In this document: positions 47,713 through 60,635 of the stretch, piece after piece
How positions within the stretch are numbered: position 1 is the first letter of the stretch
How the letters are laid out: every line of letters starts with the position of its first letter
DNA from: Parcubacteria group bacterium
GTDB lineage: Bacteria > Patescibacteriota > Minisyncoccia > SW-4-49-11
Reading direction: 5' to 3'
Length of the DNA stretch: 64,000 nucleotides
Assembly: GCA_943354045.1 (NCBI GenBank)
Contig: CALRBF010000001.1
Coordinates: 136,026-200,025 of the forward strand
Notes under the pieces: generated by a model
Database searches by the model: none
What the model was told of the DNA's origin: nothing
Seen by the model: only the letters and a program-made list of their open reading frames with translations
Position numbers and translations under genes: made by a program

Positions 47713-48372
47713 CTATTCGATACTCTTATAACCAGATTTACTCACGATAATATGATCAAGAATTGGTATTGACATCAATTTTCCAATATCTTTTAATTGT
47801 TGTGTAAGTGTAATATCTGCTTTGCTTGGGGTAATATCCCCTGAGGGATGATTATGCACAATAATAATACCTGCTGCATGGTATTTTAAGGCTGGTGCAA
47901 AAATATCTCGAGGATGGGCTATACTCTGATCAATGGTTCCAATTGAAATAATTTCATCATGAATAATGTGATTTTTTATATTAAGATAAAGTCCCCGTAA
48001 ATATTCTTTTTTGAGATTATACATATCCGATACCAATTCCCAAACATCTTGTGGGGAGCGAATAGTAGTGATTTCAGCGGTATTGTCTGCAAATATCCTT
48101 TTCCCTATTTCAAAACAAGATAAAACCTGACAGGCTTTAACTCTTGGAAGCCCAAAATCATTCATAATATCTTCTACTTGATGATATCCCGTAATAGCTT
48201 TTGGGCCATAATCTTGGAATATTCTTTTTGATAATTCCAAAACATTTTCTCCTTTATATCCTGTTCCTAGAATAATAGATAATAATTCTTCTAGGCTTAA
48301 AGCCTCAGCTCCAAGCTCAATCAATCGCTCTCGAGGCTGCTGATTGGAAGGAAGATCTTTAATCTTATACAT
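47713..48372 (-). CDS. radC: RadC-like JAB/MPN domain protein
   Basis: JAMM motif HNHPSGD and a helix-hairpin-helix N-domain. The start was set at the second ATG (MYKIKDLP), which abuts the upstream gene's stop. The track ORF extends to 48417. Confidence 0.75.
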   Translation of the reverse strand: MYKIKDLPSNQQPRERLIELGAEALSLEELLSIILGTGYKGENVLELSKRIFQDYGPKAITGYHQVEDIMNDFGLPRVKACQVLSCFEIGKRIFADNTAEITTIRSPQDVWELVSDMYNLKKEYLRGLYLNIKNHIIHDEIISIGTIDQSIAHPRDIFAPALKYHAAGIIIVHNHPSGDITPSKADITLTQQLKDIGKLMSIPILDHIIVSKSGYKSIE

Positions 48373-48374
48373 AT

Positions 48375-49373
48375 TTATCTTAACAGCTCGGCTGCAAATT
48401 CGGGAGATAGAGTACAAATATCCGTATCGGTACCTATTTCATACCCTCCAATAAAATCAAGGCGTGGGGTGAGGCGAATAAACCATCGAAACCCCTTATA
48501 AACATTTCCATCTACCGGAGCTGTGATTATTACCATATTATAATCAATATCTCCTAGAACTTTATAATAAGCTTTTAATACTGTTTTATATATTTTAGCT
48601 AAATTATATATTGTACCCGCATTGCTGTAAGCAAAATGTGCTTGAGCTTGTTTGGGGAATATTTCTACTTCATAGGCTATCTTGGAGGCATAGGGAGTAA
48701 AAGCAATAAAATCATTATTTTCTGCAATAAGGCGCATTTTGTTTTCTTGTTCAAAATCAATGATAACCTGAGCTAAATCTCTTTTATGTGAGTGATAATA
48801 GAGATTTGCTCCTTCAATAATTCTCTCAATGCCGTCTGGTACTATGGGGGAGGCTATAATTTGAGAATGAGGATGCGCTATAGTAGCTCCAGACTTTAAA
48901 CCATTATTATGAATAATGGCAATATATCGAATATGTTTTTGTTTCATTAAATCAAAACTTCTTTTCTGAAAGGCTTCGAATACTAAAGCTAATTTTTTAA
49001 TAGAAAAATTACGTATAGGAGTATCTAGGTCTCGATAGATGACAAGCTCATGAATTCCCTCGCCTTCTACAGAATGATAAGGTCCTTCATTATGATAATG
49101 AGGGTTTTTAATAGGAGCAAATAATGGATATTTATTATTTACTACAAATACCTGTGGCTCATTTTCATCATCCACTAAAGTTAATAGTATTTTTTCTTTT
49201 GATTTACCTTTTACAATATCGTCAAAGGGATCAAGGATTTTTGATATATCACTAGATTGCAATGGAGGAGAAACCAAAGTATGGGGTCTATTATTTCTAT
49301 TCGTCACAACTAATACCCATTCAGAAGTAAATGGATCTTGGCGAAATTCTTGAGTTGTTTTTATTTTTTTCAT
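48375..49373 (-). CDS. Galactose-1-phosphate uridylyltransferase-like (GalT/HIT family) nucleotidyltransferase
   Basis: HPHSQI (H-x-H-x-Q) active-site motif in the C-terminal half, about 330 aa. Confidence 0.65.
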   Translation of the reverse strand: MKKIKTTQEFRQDPFTSEWVLVVTNRNNRPHTLVSPPLQSSDISKILDPFDDIVKGKSKEKILLTLVDDENEPQVFVVNNKYPLFAPIKNPHYHNEGPYHSVEGEGIHELVIYRDLDTPIRNFSIKKLALVFEAFQKRSFDLMKQKHIRYIAIIHNNGLKSGATIAHPHSQIIASPIVPDGIERIIEGANLYYHSHKRDLAQVIIDFEQENKMRLIAENNDFIAFTPYASKIAYEVEIFPKQAQAHFAYSNAGTIYNLAKIYKTVLKAYYKVLGDIDYNMVIITAPVDGNVYKGFRWFIRLTPRLDFIGGYEIGTDTDICTLSPEFAAELLR

Positions 49374-49381
49374 AAATAATA

Positions 49382-50116
49382 TTATTGATAATACCCTTTT
49401 ATCATTCGGTATTTAATAATAAAAGTATCTCGGAGTACTACGATATAATCTTTTAAGGTTACATGTGAACTATTATCATTATACCATATAACTGGCATCT
49501 CTTTTATCGTATATCCAAAATATCGAGCGAGAGCTAATACTTCAATATCAAATGACCACCCCTGCATACTTACTTTTTCAAATATACGCCGAGCAGCATC
49601 TCCAGAAAAGACTTTGAACCCACATTGTGTATCCTGTATTCCTCCTACTAAGACTATTTGTATCCACCAATTCCCTAAATCTCCTAATAATTCTTTATAA
49701 CGAGCTTGATGAATTGCTACTTTACTCCCTTTTATATCCCTTGAACCAATAACAACCTGTATACCCTCTTTTAATACTGGTAACATCGCGTCTAATTCCT
49801 GTATATGAGTGGAATTATCTGCATCCATAAATAATACATAATCCCCTACTGACTCTAATATTCCCTGTCTTACAACAGCTCCCTTACCACGATTAACAGT
49901 ATTATGAATAATTCGAATTGCCTTATATTGCTTCGCTAGTCCAGTTACAATGTCTAATGTGTTATCCTTCGATCCATCTAATACAATAAGAACTTCATAT
50001 TCTTTAGGAGCTATAATATCTAAATATTTGACAATATCTTTAATAGTCGGAGTAATTCTTTTAGCTTCATTATAAGCAGGTATTATAACACTCATTTTCA
50101 TATTATTGTTTCTCAA
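49382..50116 (-). CDS. Family 2 glycosyltransferase (polyprenyl-phosphate sugar synthase-like)
   Basis: MSVIIPAYNEAKRI and DGSKDNT (DxD) motifs, 244 aa, soluble GT-A type. Confidence 0.75.
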   Translation of the reverse strand: MRNNNMKMSVIIPAYNEAKRITPTIKDIVKYLDIIAPKEYEVLIVLDGSKDNTLDIVTGLAKQYKAIRIIHNTVNRGKGAVVRQGILESVGDYVLFMDADNSTHIQELDAMLPVLKEGIQVVIGSRDIKGSKVAIHQARYKELLGDLGNWWIQIVLVGGIQDTQCGFKVFSGDAARRIFEKVSMQGWSFDIEVLALARYFGYTIKEMPVIWYNDNSSHVTLKDYIVVLRDTFIIKYRMIKGYYQ

Positions 50117-50480
50117 ACCATTCTTCTAATAAAATACGAGCAGATTCTACATCTATACTCTGACCTCTTGGAATATATCGTTTCGCAAGAGCGCTCGTAA
50201 GCCTTTCATCTGATTCCTCAATACTCCCTGAAAATTGTTGACTGAGTTCTGTGATAAAAGCTCTTACTTTCGTAGTCTGCTGTGTATCCTCGGATTGAAA
50301 ATTTAGAGGAATACCTACCAAAATATGATTTATTTCATATTGAGATATAATACTATTTAATTCCTCCCAAACAGTATCAGTATTTTTTACTACTTTTAGA
50401 GGAAGTGCAATATTATGCTCCGTAGAACCATGTGCAAGTCCAATACGGACATCTCCATAATCAATACTCAAAATATTCAT
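50103..50480 (-). CDS. ruvX: Holliday junction resolvase-like RuvX/YqgF
   Basis: MNILSIDYGDVRIGLAHG N-terminus, 125 aa. Confidence 0.85.
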   Translation of the reverse strand: MNILSIDYGDVRIGLAHGSTEHNIALPLKVVKNTDTVWEELNSIISQYEINHILVGIPLNFQSEDTQQTTKVRAFITELSQQFSGSIEESDERLTSALAKRYIPRGQSIDVESARILLEEWFEKQ

Positions 50481-50492
50481 AAGGAAAATATA

Positions 50493-51365
50493 TTATGAAA
50501 GTTTTTTATATAAATTCTCAATTTCTGATTCTTCAAAGAAATTCAAGGTCACAATATAGCGTTTCCCTTTACGTCTTACTTCTACTTTATTATGAATGGT
50601 CTCGGATAATTGAGAAACCCATTGTTTTACTTCGGGACTTACTTGATTATGTTCACTATTAGGATCTTTTTTTACTATTTTCTCTGTTTGCCGAACATTG
50701 AGAGCATTAGTGACAATATTAGCAAGTACCTGCTCTTGTAATTCTACAGTTTCAAGCCCCGCTATAATTTTTGCATGTCCCTCTGTAATGGCTCCTGTGG
50801 ATAGGGCATATTGTACACTTTCTGGTAATCGTAAATATCGGAGGGTATTGGCAACAGCTGAGCGACTAATATCTAATTGTTTGGCAATATCCTCTTGAGT
50901 AATATGGAATTTTTGTTGTAATTCAGCAAATCCTTTAGCTCTTTCAATAGGATTCAAATTTTGTCTTTGAATATTCTCAATTAAAGCAAGTTCCGCCTTA
51001 TCCTGATCACTGACATTAGCTCGAACAACTACAGTAACGGTTTTAAGACCAGCTAATTTAGCTGCTCTGAGGCGTCGTTCTCCTGCAATTAATTGATAGG
51101 AACCCTCTTTTAGTTCTGTTACAACCAAAGGCTGTAATATTCCTTTTTCTTGTATAGAGCGAGATAAATTCTCAATTTCTTCAACTACAAATTCTGTTCT
51201 CGGTTGATAGGGATTAGCCTCAATAGTATCAATAAAAACTTCTAATAGTCTCTCCCCCTGTGAAGGCTCTATTTTTGGTTCTTGTGACGGTAAGACGGCT
51301 ATTGTCTCTACTGGTTTATTGGGGATTAATGATGATAATCCTCTTCCAAGTGGACTTTTACTCAT
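50493..51365 (-). CDS. parB: Chromosome partitioning protein ParB
   Basis: ParB box GERRLRAAKLAGL and an HTH region. It is downstream of parA. Confidence 0.85.
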   Translation of the reverse strand: MSKSPLGRGLSSLIPNKPVETIAVLPSQEPKIEPSQGERLLEVFIDTIEANPYQPRTEFVVEEIENLSRSIQEKGILQPLVVTELKEGSYQLIAGERRLRAAKLAGLKTVTVVVRANVSDQDKAELALIENIQRQNLNPIERAKGFAELQQKFHITQEDIAKQLDISRSAVANTLRYLRLPESVQYALSTGAITEGHAKIIAGLETVELQEQVLANIVTNALNVRQTEKIVKKDPNSEHNQVSPEVKQWVSQLSETIHNKVEVRRKGKRYIVTLNFFEESEIENLYKKLS

Positions 51366-51423
51366 ATATTCATCTTTATACTGTATTTAGTATATCATAA
51401 AGTTATATGATTGATAATAAATA

Positions 51424-52188
51424 TTATCCTTTTGAGGTTATATTAATAAGCTCTTGAGCTAATTTACGATAGGCAAATGCTCCTTTAGACAATGGGGCAT
51501 AATCATGAATTGCTTTACCAAAACTGGGGGCCTCTGAAAGACTCACATTACGGGGAATAATACTATCAAATACATAACCTGGAAAAAATTTACTTACTTC
51601 TTTTGCTACCATAGCTGACAATCTATTGCGTCTATCATACATAGTAAGCACAGCTCCTAATACGGATAAATCTGGTTTCAAATTATCTGCAATTAATTGA
51701 ATAGTCTCTAATAATTGTCCTAGCCCCTCTAATGCATAATATTCACATTGTACAGGAATAACAATTTTATCCGCTGCAACTAAACCATTAATAGTTAATA
51801 GTCCTAAACTTGGCGGAGAATCAATAATAATATAATCATATAAATGATTAAGACTTTGTAATTGATCCCCCAACACATATTCTCGTCTTGGCATATTCAC
51901 AAGCTCGACTCCAATACCAGCAACATCAGGTGTTCCTGCAATAATATCTAATTTGGAAGAACGAGTTGTATGAATGCTATGACTTAAAGGAATATTCTCG
52001 TCCATCATTAATTCATATAATCCGGCTTTATCCCCCAGTTCAAAGCCAAGACCACTTGTAGCATTACTTTGGGGATCTAAGTCTACTAATAGTACTTTTT
52101 TTCCTAATTTTGCTAAGTATGAGGCTAGATTAATACTTGTAGTTGTTTTTCCTGTACCCCCCTTCTGATTCGTGACAGTTATAATCAT
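51424..52188 (-). CDS. parA: Chromosome partitioning ATPase ParA/Soj
   Basis: Deviant Walker A NQKGGTGKTTT. Confidence 0.9.
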   Translation of the reverse strand: MIITVTNQKGGTGKTTTSINLASYLAKLGKKVLLVDLDPQSNATSGLGFELGDKAGLYELMMDENIPLSHSIHTTRSSKLDIIAGTPDVAGIGVELVNMPRREYVLGDQLQSLNHLYDYIIIDSPPSLGLLTINGLVAADKIVIPVQCEYYALEGLGQLLETIQLIADNLKPDLSVLGAVLTMYDRRNRLSAMVAKEVSKFFPGYVFDSIIPRNVSLSEAPSFGKAIHDYAPLSKGAFAYRKLAQELINITSKG

Positions 52189-53168
52189 ATCGAATAGTTA
52201 TCTTGTACCCATTTTATCAGACTTTTGGTATCTTGAAAACGATATCCCCCTATTCCTGATTGCAAAACAATAATACCAAGAATTCTGTTTTGAATAGATA
52301 CTACTGAAGCTAATGTCTCTCCTGCCTCATCAGTAAGACCTGTTTTGGCAGCTAGCATTTCTGGCATTACCCCTAATAATTCATTAGTATTACCCAATCG
52401 AATGGATTGCCCAGACTCTGATTTAATAAAGGTTTCTTTTTGAGCTAATACAGCTATTAACTCTGGATGTTTATCGTATATATATTGGGTTAATTTAATT
52501 AAATCAGCAGCAGTAGCATAATTACTGACTGGCTCTTCATCAAGTCCATGAGCATTAAAAAACTTACTTTGATCCATTTTTAAATCTTGCGCTTTTTTAT
52601 TCATTTTAGCCACAAAATTATCAACGCCACCAAAACTTTCTGCTAATAATTCTGCTGAGTCATTACTTGAAACCATTAATGAGGCTCGGATAATATCCTC
52701 TGTAGTAAATTTCTCTCCAACCTGAAGAGAATTACCTCCATATATATCAAAAGATGTTTGCGACATAGTAAGATAAGTATTAGAGTCCCATTTATACTCA
52801 TCTTCTACTACAGTTGCTGTCAATAATTTTGTAATACTGGCTGGTTGATGACGATCTAATGGATTTTTTTGAAATAATATATCTCCTGTTGCAAAATCAA
52901 CTACTATTGCTGATTGCGCAGTCAAATTAGGCTCAGGTAAATTGTCTGATAATTTACGAAATCGTGAGATGGGGGCTGACTCCAATACTTTTGTTATAGG
53001 TTGTACCTGAGTTTCCGGCATTCCCTGTATTGCAATATGATGCAATACGCCAATTTGACTTAAATCATTCTGCTTTTGCGTAGATTGAGCATAACCAAAA
53101 AAAACACCACCTATACTGATTATAATCAGACAAATTCCTAATATCCAATAACTACTTTTTAACTTCAT
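52185..53168 (-). CDS. D-alanyl-D-alanine carboxypeptidase (PBP5/S11 family)
   Basis: SxxK (ASITKLLTA), SxN (VSSNDSA) and KTG motifs. The start was set at the internal ATG (MKLKSSYWILG, signal anchor), because the longer track ORF to 53231 would overlap the tRNA-Arg gene. Confidence 0.75.
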   Translation of the reverse strand: MKLKSSYWILGICLIIISIGGVFFGYAQSTQKQNDLSQIGVLHHIAIQGMPETQVQPITKVLESAPISRFRKLSDNLPEPNLTAQSAIVVDFATGDILFQKNPLDRHQPASITKLLTATVVEDEYKWDSNTYLTMSQTSFDIYGGNSLQVGEKFTTEDIIRASLMVSSNDSAELLAESFGGVDNFVAKMNKKAQDLKMDQSKFFNAHGLDEEPVSNYATAADLIKLTQYIYDKHPELIAVLAQKETFIKSESGQSIRLGNTNELLGVMPEMLAAKTGLTDEAGETLASVVSIQNRILGIIVLQSGIGGYRFQDTKSLIKWVQDNYSI

Positions 53169-53219
53169 ATGTCTTTCATCTGTGTATTGATATAGTATAT
53201 CATATAAGACTTTGCTATG

Positions 53220-53292
53220 TGCTCTCACCAAGACTCGAACTTGGATTAGAGGCTTAGGAGTCCCCGGTTCTATCCCGTTGAACTATGAGAGC
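53220..53292 (-). tRNA. tRNA-Arg (anticodon CCU)
   Basis: Minus strand: GCTCTCA-TA-GTTC-AACGGGATA-GAAC-C-GGGGA-CTCCTAA-GCCTC-TAAT-CTAGG... The T arm is CCAAG-TTCGAGT-CTTGG and the acceptor is GCTCTCA/TGAGAGC. The CTCCTAA loop is the same as E. coli tRNA-Arg(CCU). Confidence 0.7.
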
Positions 53293-53382
53293 AATGGCTT
53301 TATTATACTCAAAAAATAGGTTTTTGTATAGCAAAGAAAAAGATATACTTACTTATCTATATATCTTTTTCTTGATTATAAA

Positions 53383-56288
<2,906 letters not shown>

Positions 56289-56305
<17 letters not shown>

Positions 56306-56960
56306 CTGCTTTCACCGTATTATGGCCTAAATGTAAAGCATCATATATAAAAACATAAAATCGAAATAATAATACTACGAGTCCAAAACTAAATACTATT
56401 AATGATAGTGGAGGGAATACTATTTCTGAATTAATATAATTCTGCCATACGGGTAGTTTTGCTAAATATATATGAATAGTTCCGAGTATAAATGCGGTAT
56501 AACTCAAGTATCGCATAAGTCGTCTCCAATTCTTCGGACCTAATTTTTGTATTACGACAATTTCTGAAATGGCATAACATATAAATAATATATATAATCC
56601 ACTCACTCCTAAAGCAATAGCCCAATAATTTGTCCATAATATAGCGGGATTTGGTAATATATAAATAATGGTCCCAATAAAACCATGTATCAAAATATAG
56701 ATAAATCCAACAATACCTAATTGCTTGCGATAATGGAGAAATTTATCAAAAAAATTCCAGAATTTTGCTAGAGAGCCAAGTAATAATGAAAAGCCTATTA
56801 GCAAATAACCAGTATTGGTAAATCCTTTTAATACCATTTCTATTGGGGGTACTGATTTATATACTGTCCCCACATAATAAACTGAAAATAAAGGAATAGT
56901 TGTTAAACTAAAAAGGATAATATCTTTCCAAGGATTAGGTTTTGATTTTAGTGATGTCAT
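56289..56960 (-). CDS. Ferric-reductase-like transmembrane domain protein (YedZ/MsrQ-like), orphan
   Basis: Six predicted TM helices with paired His in helices (HGFIGTIIY; HIYLAKL), about 220 aa. No molybdoenzyme partner is adjacent. Confidence 0.4.
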
Positions 56961-56961
56961 A

Positions 56962-58050
56962 TTACTCTAAAATAATATCTTTTGTTTTATTAATTGTGTC
57001 TGTAAAATTGAATTGCTTTGTATATTCTTTTCTTTTTGTAATTATCTCTTCTTGAGGCTCTAAATCTAATATTTCTCTTAGTGAATTTACCCAAGCGGAT
57101 ATATTATCAACTTCTACATATTGTATCATATCTCCCCCAACTTCCCGAGAACTCGGTATATCAGAAGCAAGAACAGGAATACCTTGTTCTAAAGCTTCTA
57201 GAATTGGGAAGCCAAAACCTTCATAATAAGAGGGATAAGCAAATACTTTAGCATTCTGATATAATGCAGTTTTTTCCTTATCAGTAATATGATTCAATTC
57301 AATAATATCCTGTTTAAAGGGAGATTTTTGAATTCGAGAGGCAATATCCTTATATCCATATCCTGGATTTCCTGCTAATACTAATTTTAATTCTAGCTTG
57401 TCTTTTTTGGTTAATTCAAAGGCTTCAATAAGAGTAATGAGATTTTTACGCAATTCTTTTCTTCCAATGGTAAAAATATATTCTGATTGTTGTAATGCCT
57501 TAATTTCTGGTCGAATACTATCCTTCTCTTTTTGCTGAGATGCTGGTATACCTGAGGGAATAACCATAATTTTTTCCTCTTTAATCTCATATTCACTGGA
57601 TAAATCTTCTTTGGTTGAGGTGGTAGGGGTAATGATTTTATAAGCCCAGCGAGCAGATAATTTAGTAAAAATAGCCAAATGCCAAAATCGGAATAAAGAA
57701 TATGCTTGGGGAAAAGCCTCATATTCCAGCCCATGTATCACAATAATACTTCGCTTGGGATGAATAGGTGGGATAATACTTGCGGGAGTATAAAATCTAT
57801 CTGGTTTATCTTTGAGCAGAGCAAGAGACAATCCCCATAATGTCCAGAGAAAAGTATTGTTAATAATATGATTTTGAGTATTAGGATGAATTGTTAAGAT
57901 CTCCTGGGGTAAAGCTTTATGCGAATACAAAATAATACTATGTTCGGTTGACAGAGATTGCAATAATCCCCGAATTAATGTCTCTGCATAATATTCAGTA
58001 CCGGTTTTATCTTGTATTTCTAATTTTGAAGCATCAATAGCAATGACCAT
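56962..58050 (-). CDS. Family 4 (GT-B) glycosyltransferase
   Basis: C-terminal EX7E-type motif region EGFGFPILEALEQGIPVLASD. Confidence 0.75.
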   Translation of the reverse strand: MVIAIDASKLEIQDKTGTEYYAETLIRGLLQSLSTEHSIILYSHKALPQEILTIHPNTQNHIINNTFLWTLWGLSLALLKDKPDRFYTPASIIPPIHPKRSIIVIHGLEYEAFPQAYSLFRFWHLAIFTKLSARWAYKIITPTTSTKEDLSSEYEIKEEKIMVIPSGIPASQQKEKDSIRPEIKALQQSEYIFTIGRKELRKNLITLIEAFELTKKDKLELKLVLAGNPGYGYKDIASRIQKSPFKQDIIELNHITDKEKTALYQNAKVFAYPSYYEGFGFPILEALEQGIPVLASDIPSSREVGGDMIQYVEVDNISAWVNSLREILDLEPQEEIITKRKEYTKQFNFTDTINKTKDIILE

Positions 58051-58064
58051 ATTGGATATTATTT

Positions 58065-59066
58065 TTATCTTTGTTGTCCAAGTACTCTTTTATATTTATC
58101 GAGGCTATCAAGCATAATTCCTGTTCCCTTAGCGACACAGTACAGTGGATCTTCTGCAATAGTACAAGGCACTCCTGTTGATTTCGAAATAAGTTCAGCA
58201 ATATTTTTAAGTAGGGCTCCACCTCCTGTAATCACAATCCCCTTTTCAATAATATCACTAGCGAGTTCCGGTGGGGTTTCTTGTAATACATTTTTTACTG
58301 TTTGTACAATTTCTCGAAGCTCAGCCTGCATCGCAATTGTCACTTCTTCTGAAGTAATTGTTACATTTTTTGGTAATCCAGTCAATACATCGCGCCCCCT
58401 AATATCCATGGTATCGGTTTCAATAGGAAGAGCTGAGCCTAGATGTTTTTTGATATCTTCTGCTGTTTGCTCTCCAATAGCTAAACTATATTTTTTCTTG
58501 ATATGAGTTACTATGGCTTCGGTTAATTTGTCTCCCGCTACTCGAGCTGAGGCGAAGGCCACAATACCTCCCAGAGAAATAACTCCCACTTCAGTGGTAC
58601 CTCCCCCAATATCAATAACCATACTTCCAGATGGAACATCAATCGGAATACCTGCTCCAAGAGCTGCTAAAATTGGTTCTTTTACCACATACGCATTACG
58701 AGCACCAACATTAAGCGCAACTTCTATTACCGCTCTTTTTTCAGTAGAAGTAATCGATGCGGGTACAGATATAATACAATCAGGTCTAAAAATACGAATA
58801 CGACTACTCACCTTTTGAATCAAATATCCAATCAAAGCCTCTGTCATTCGATAATCAGCAATAACTCCATCTCGTATTGGTCGTACTGCTTTTATTCCAT
58901 CAGGAGTTCTTCCAATCATTTCTTTGGCCTGATTTCCTACTGCTAAAATAGTATTATCATATAAATCCACCGCTACTACCGAGGGTTCATTAATTACAAT
59001 ACCTTTATTGGGTAAAAATACCAGTACATTCGCAGTTCCCAAATCTATTCCTATTCTTTTTGCCAT
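58065..59066 (-). CDS. mreB: Rod shape-determining protein MreB
   Basis: IGIDLGTANVLV N-terminus, an actin fold of about 333 aa, VIDIGGGTTEV. Confidence 0.9.
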   Translation of the reverse strand: MAKRIGIDLGTANVLVFLPNKGIVINEPSVVAVDLYDNTILAVGNQAKEMIGRTPDGIKAVRPIRDGVIADYRMTEALIGYLIQKVSSRIRIFRPDCIISVPASITSTEKRAVIEVALNVGARNAYVVKEPILAALGAGIPIDVPSGSMVIDIGGGTTEVGVISLGGIVAFASARVAGDKLTEAIVTHIKKKYSLAIGEQTAEDIKKHLGSALPIETDTMDIRGRDVLTGLPKNVTITSEEVTIAMQAELREIVQTVKNVLQETPPELASDIIEKGIVITGGGALLKNIAELISKSTGVPCTIAEDPLYCVAKGTGIMLDSLDKYKRVLGQQR

Positions 59067-59098
59067 ATCATTCCTTAACTACTCATTGTATTATTATA

Positions 59099-60601
59099 TC
59101 ATCTTTCTCCTAATTTTACTCCTTGTTTGCGTAAATTATTGCGTATGGTACGAGCTGCTGATGGGGTTTTTACCATATTGAGCCAATCCCGATGAGGCTT
59201 TTGTTTTTTATCAGTAATAATTTCTACCAAATCTCCATTTTTTAAATTTTCTGATAATTTGACTGGGCTTCCATTTACCTTAGCTAAACTTGCATGTTTT
59301 CCAATATCCTGATGTATTCTAAATGCAAAATCAAGAGCAGTAGCCCCTTCAAGCAATCGAATAGCATCTCCCTTTGGGGTCATAACAAAAATTTGATCTT
59401 GAAATAAATCTAATTTCACATATTGCAAATATTCTTGCTCAGATAATGGTTCTTTACCTAAATTAACTAAGTCCTGTATCCACTTAAATCTATCGGTATC
59501 AATAAAAGAATGGGTTTCTATATCCGATTTCTGTTTATAAGACCAGTGTGAGGCAACTCCATATTCACAATATTCATGCATTTCCTCGGTACGAATTTGT
59601 ACTTCGAATACGGTATTGGTTTCTATATCTCTGACTGTTGTATGAATACTTTGATATCCATTATCTTTTGGATTAGCAATATAATCCTTTACTCTGTTTT
59701 CTAAAGGTTCAAAATGAGATTGTATTAGTGAAAATACCTGATAACAAGTAGCAAGATCCGGAGTTATAATTCTAAGAGCAATTAAATCATATACTTCATC
59801 TACTGTTTTTCCGGCACCTAATTTTTTATATAAAGAATAATATTTTTTTGCTCTTCCATAAATGATAATATTCTTAATATCTTCTTCCTCAAATATGTGC
59901 TCAATATTTTTTTGAATATGTTCTAATACATTTTGACGAATATCATATTCTTGAGCTACCTCCTCTACCAAGGCTTTATATTCTTGAGCATAGGCATAGG
60001 GGAAACTTAAATTTTCAAGTTTATCTTGAAATTTCCCCATACCTAATCTCTCCGCAATAGGAGCATATATTTCTAAACTCTCAAGAGCAATACGTCGTGC
60101 CTTTTCTGGAGGGAGAGCATCAAGAGTTTCAAGATTATGTAATCTATCAGCTAATTTAATAAAGATAACCCGAATATCACGACTCATTGCAACAAACATA
60201 CGCCGCAAATTCTCAGCATATCTATCTTCTCCTTGATATCTTATACTCGATAATTTTGTCACTCCCGATATGAGGAAAATTACTTCACGACTAAATATTT
60301 TTTCTAATTGTCTTAAGCTAACCTCAGTATCCTCAGGTACATCATGAAGCAAAACTGCTATTAATGTATCTCGGTCTAATTTCATATCAGCCAAAGTGAT
60401 ACAAGCTGATACCGGATGAATAATATAATATTCACCACTTTTACGACGCTGCTCCTGATGAGCATCCACCATTTGCATAAAAGCAATTTCCACTTGCTCT
60501 AAATCAGCTGAATTAAGATATAATAAGTACGGCTTCAAAAAATCCCAAAGTTGTTTACTGGCAATTTCCAAATTATCTCTACTAATATTATGCATATACA
60601 T
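59099..60601 (-). CDS. rel: Short RelA/SpoT-family (p)ppGpp synthetase/hydrolase (HD + synthetase + TGS, no ACT domain)
   Basis: HD motif LLHDVPEDT, a synthetase region (YQSIHTTV), and a TGS domain near the C-terminus. 500 aa. Confidence 0.8.
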   Translation of the reverse strand: MYMHNISRDNLEIASKQLWDFLKPYLLYLNSADLEQVEIAFMQMVDAHQEQRRKSGEYYIIHPVSACITLADMKLDRDTLIAVLLHDVPEDTEVSLRQLEKIFSREVIFLISGVTKLSSIRYQGEDRYAENLRRMFVAMSRDIRVIFIKLADRLHNLETLDALPPEKARRIALESLEIYAPIAERLGMGKFQDKLENLSFPYAYAQEYKALVEEVAQEYDIRQNVLEHIQKNIEHIFEEEDIKNIIIYGRAKKYYSLYKKLGAGKTVDEVYDLIALRIITPDLATCYQVFSLIQSHFEPLENRVKDYIANPKDNGYQSIHTTVRDIETNTVFEVQIRTEEMHEYCEYGVASHWSYKQKSDIETHSFIDTDRFKWIQDLVNLGKEPLSEQEYLQYVKLDLFQDQIFVMTPKGDAIRLLEGATALDFAFRIHQDIGKHASLAKVNGSPVKLSENLKNGDLVEIITDKKQKPHRDWLNMVKTPSAARTIRNNLRKQGVKLGER

Positions 60602-60635
60602 ATGGCTATCTCATCAAAAAATTATAGATACCGTA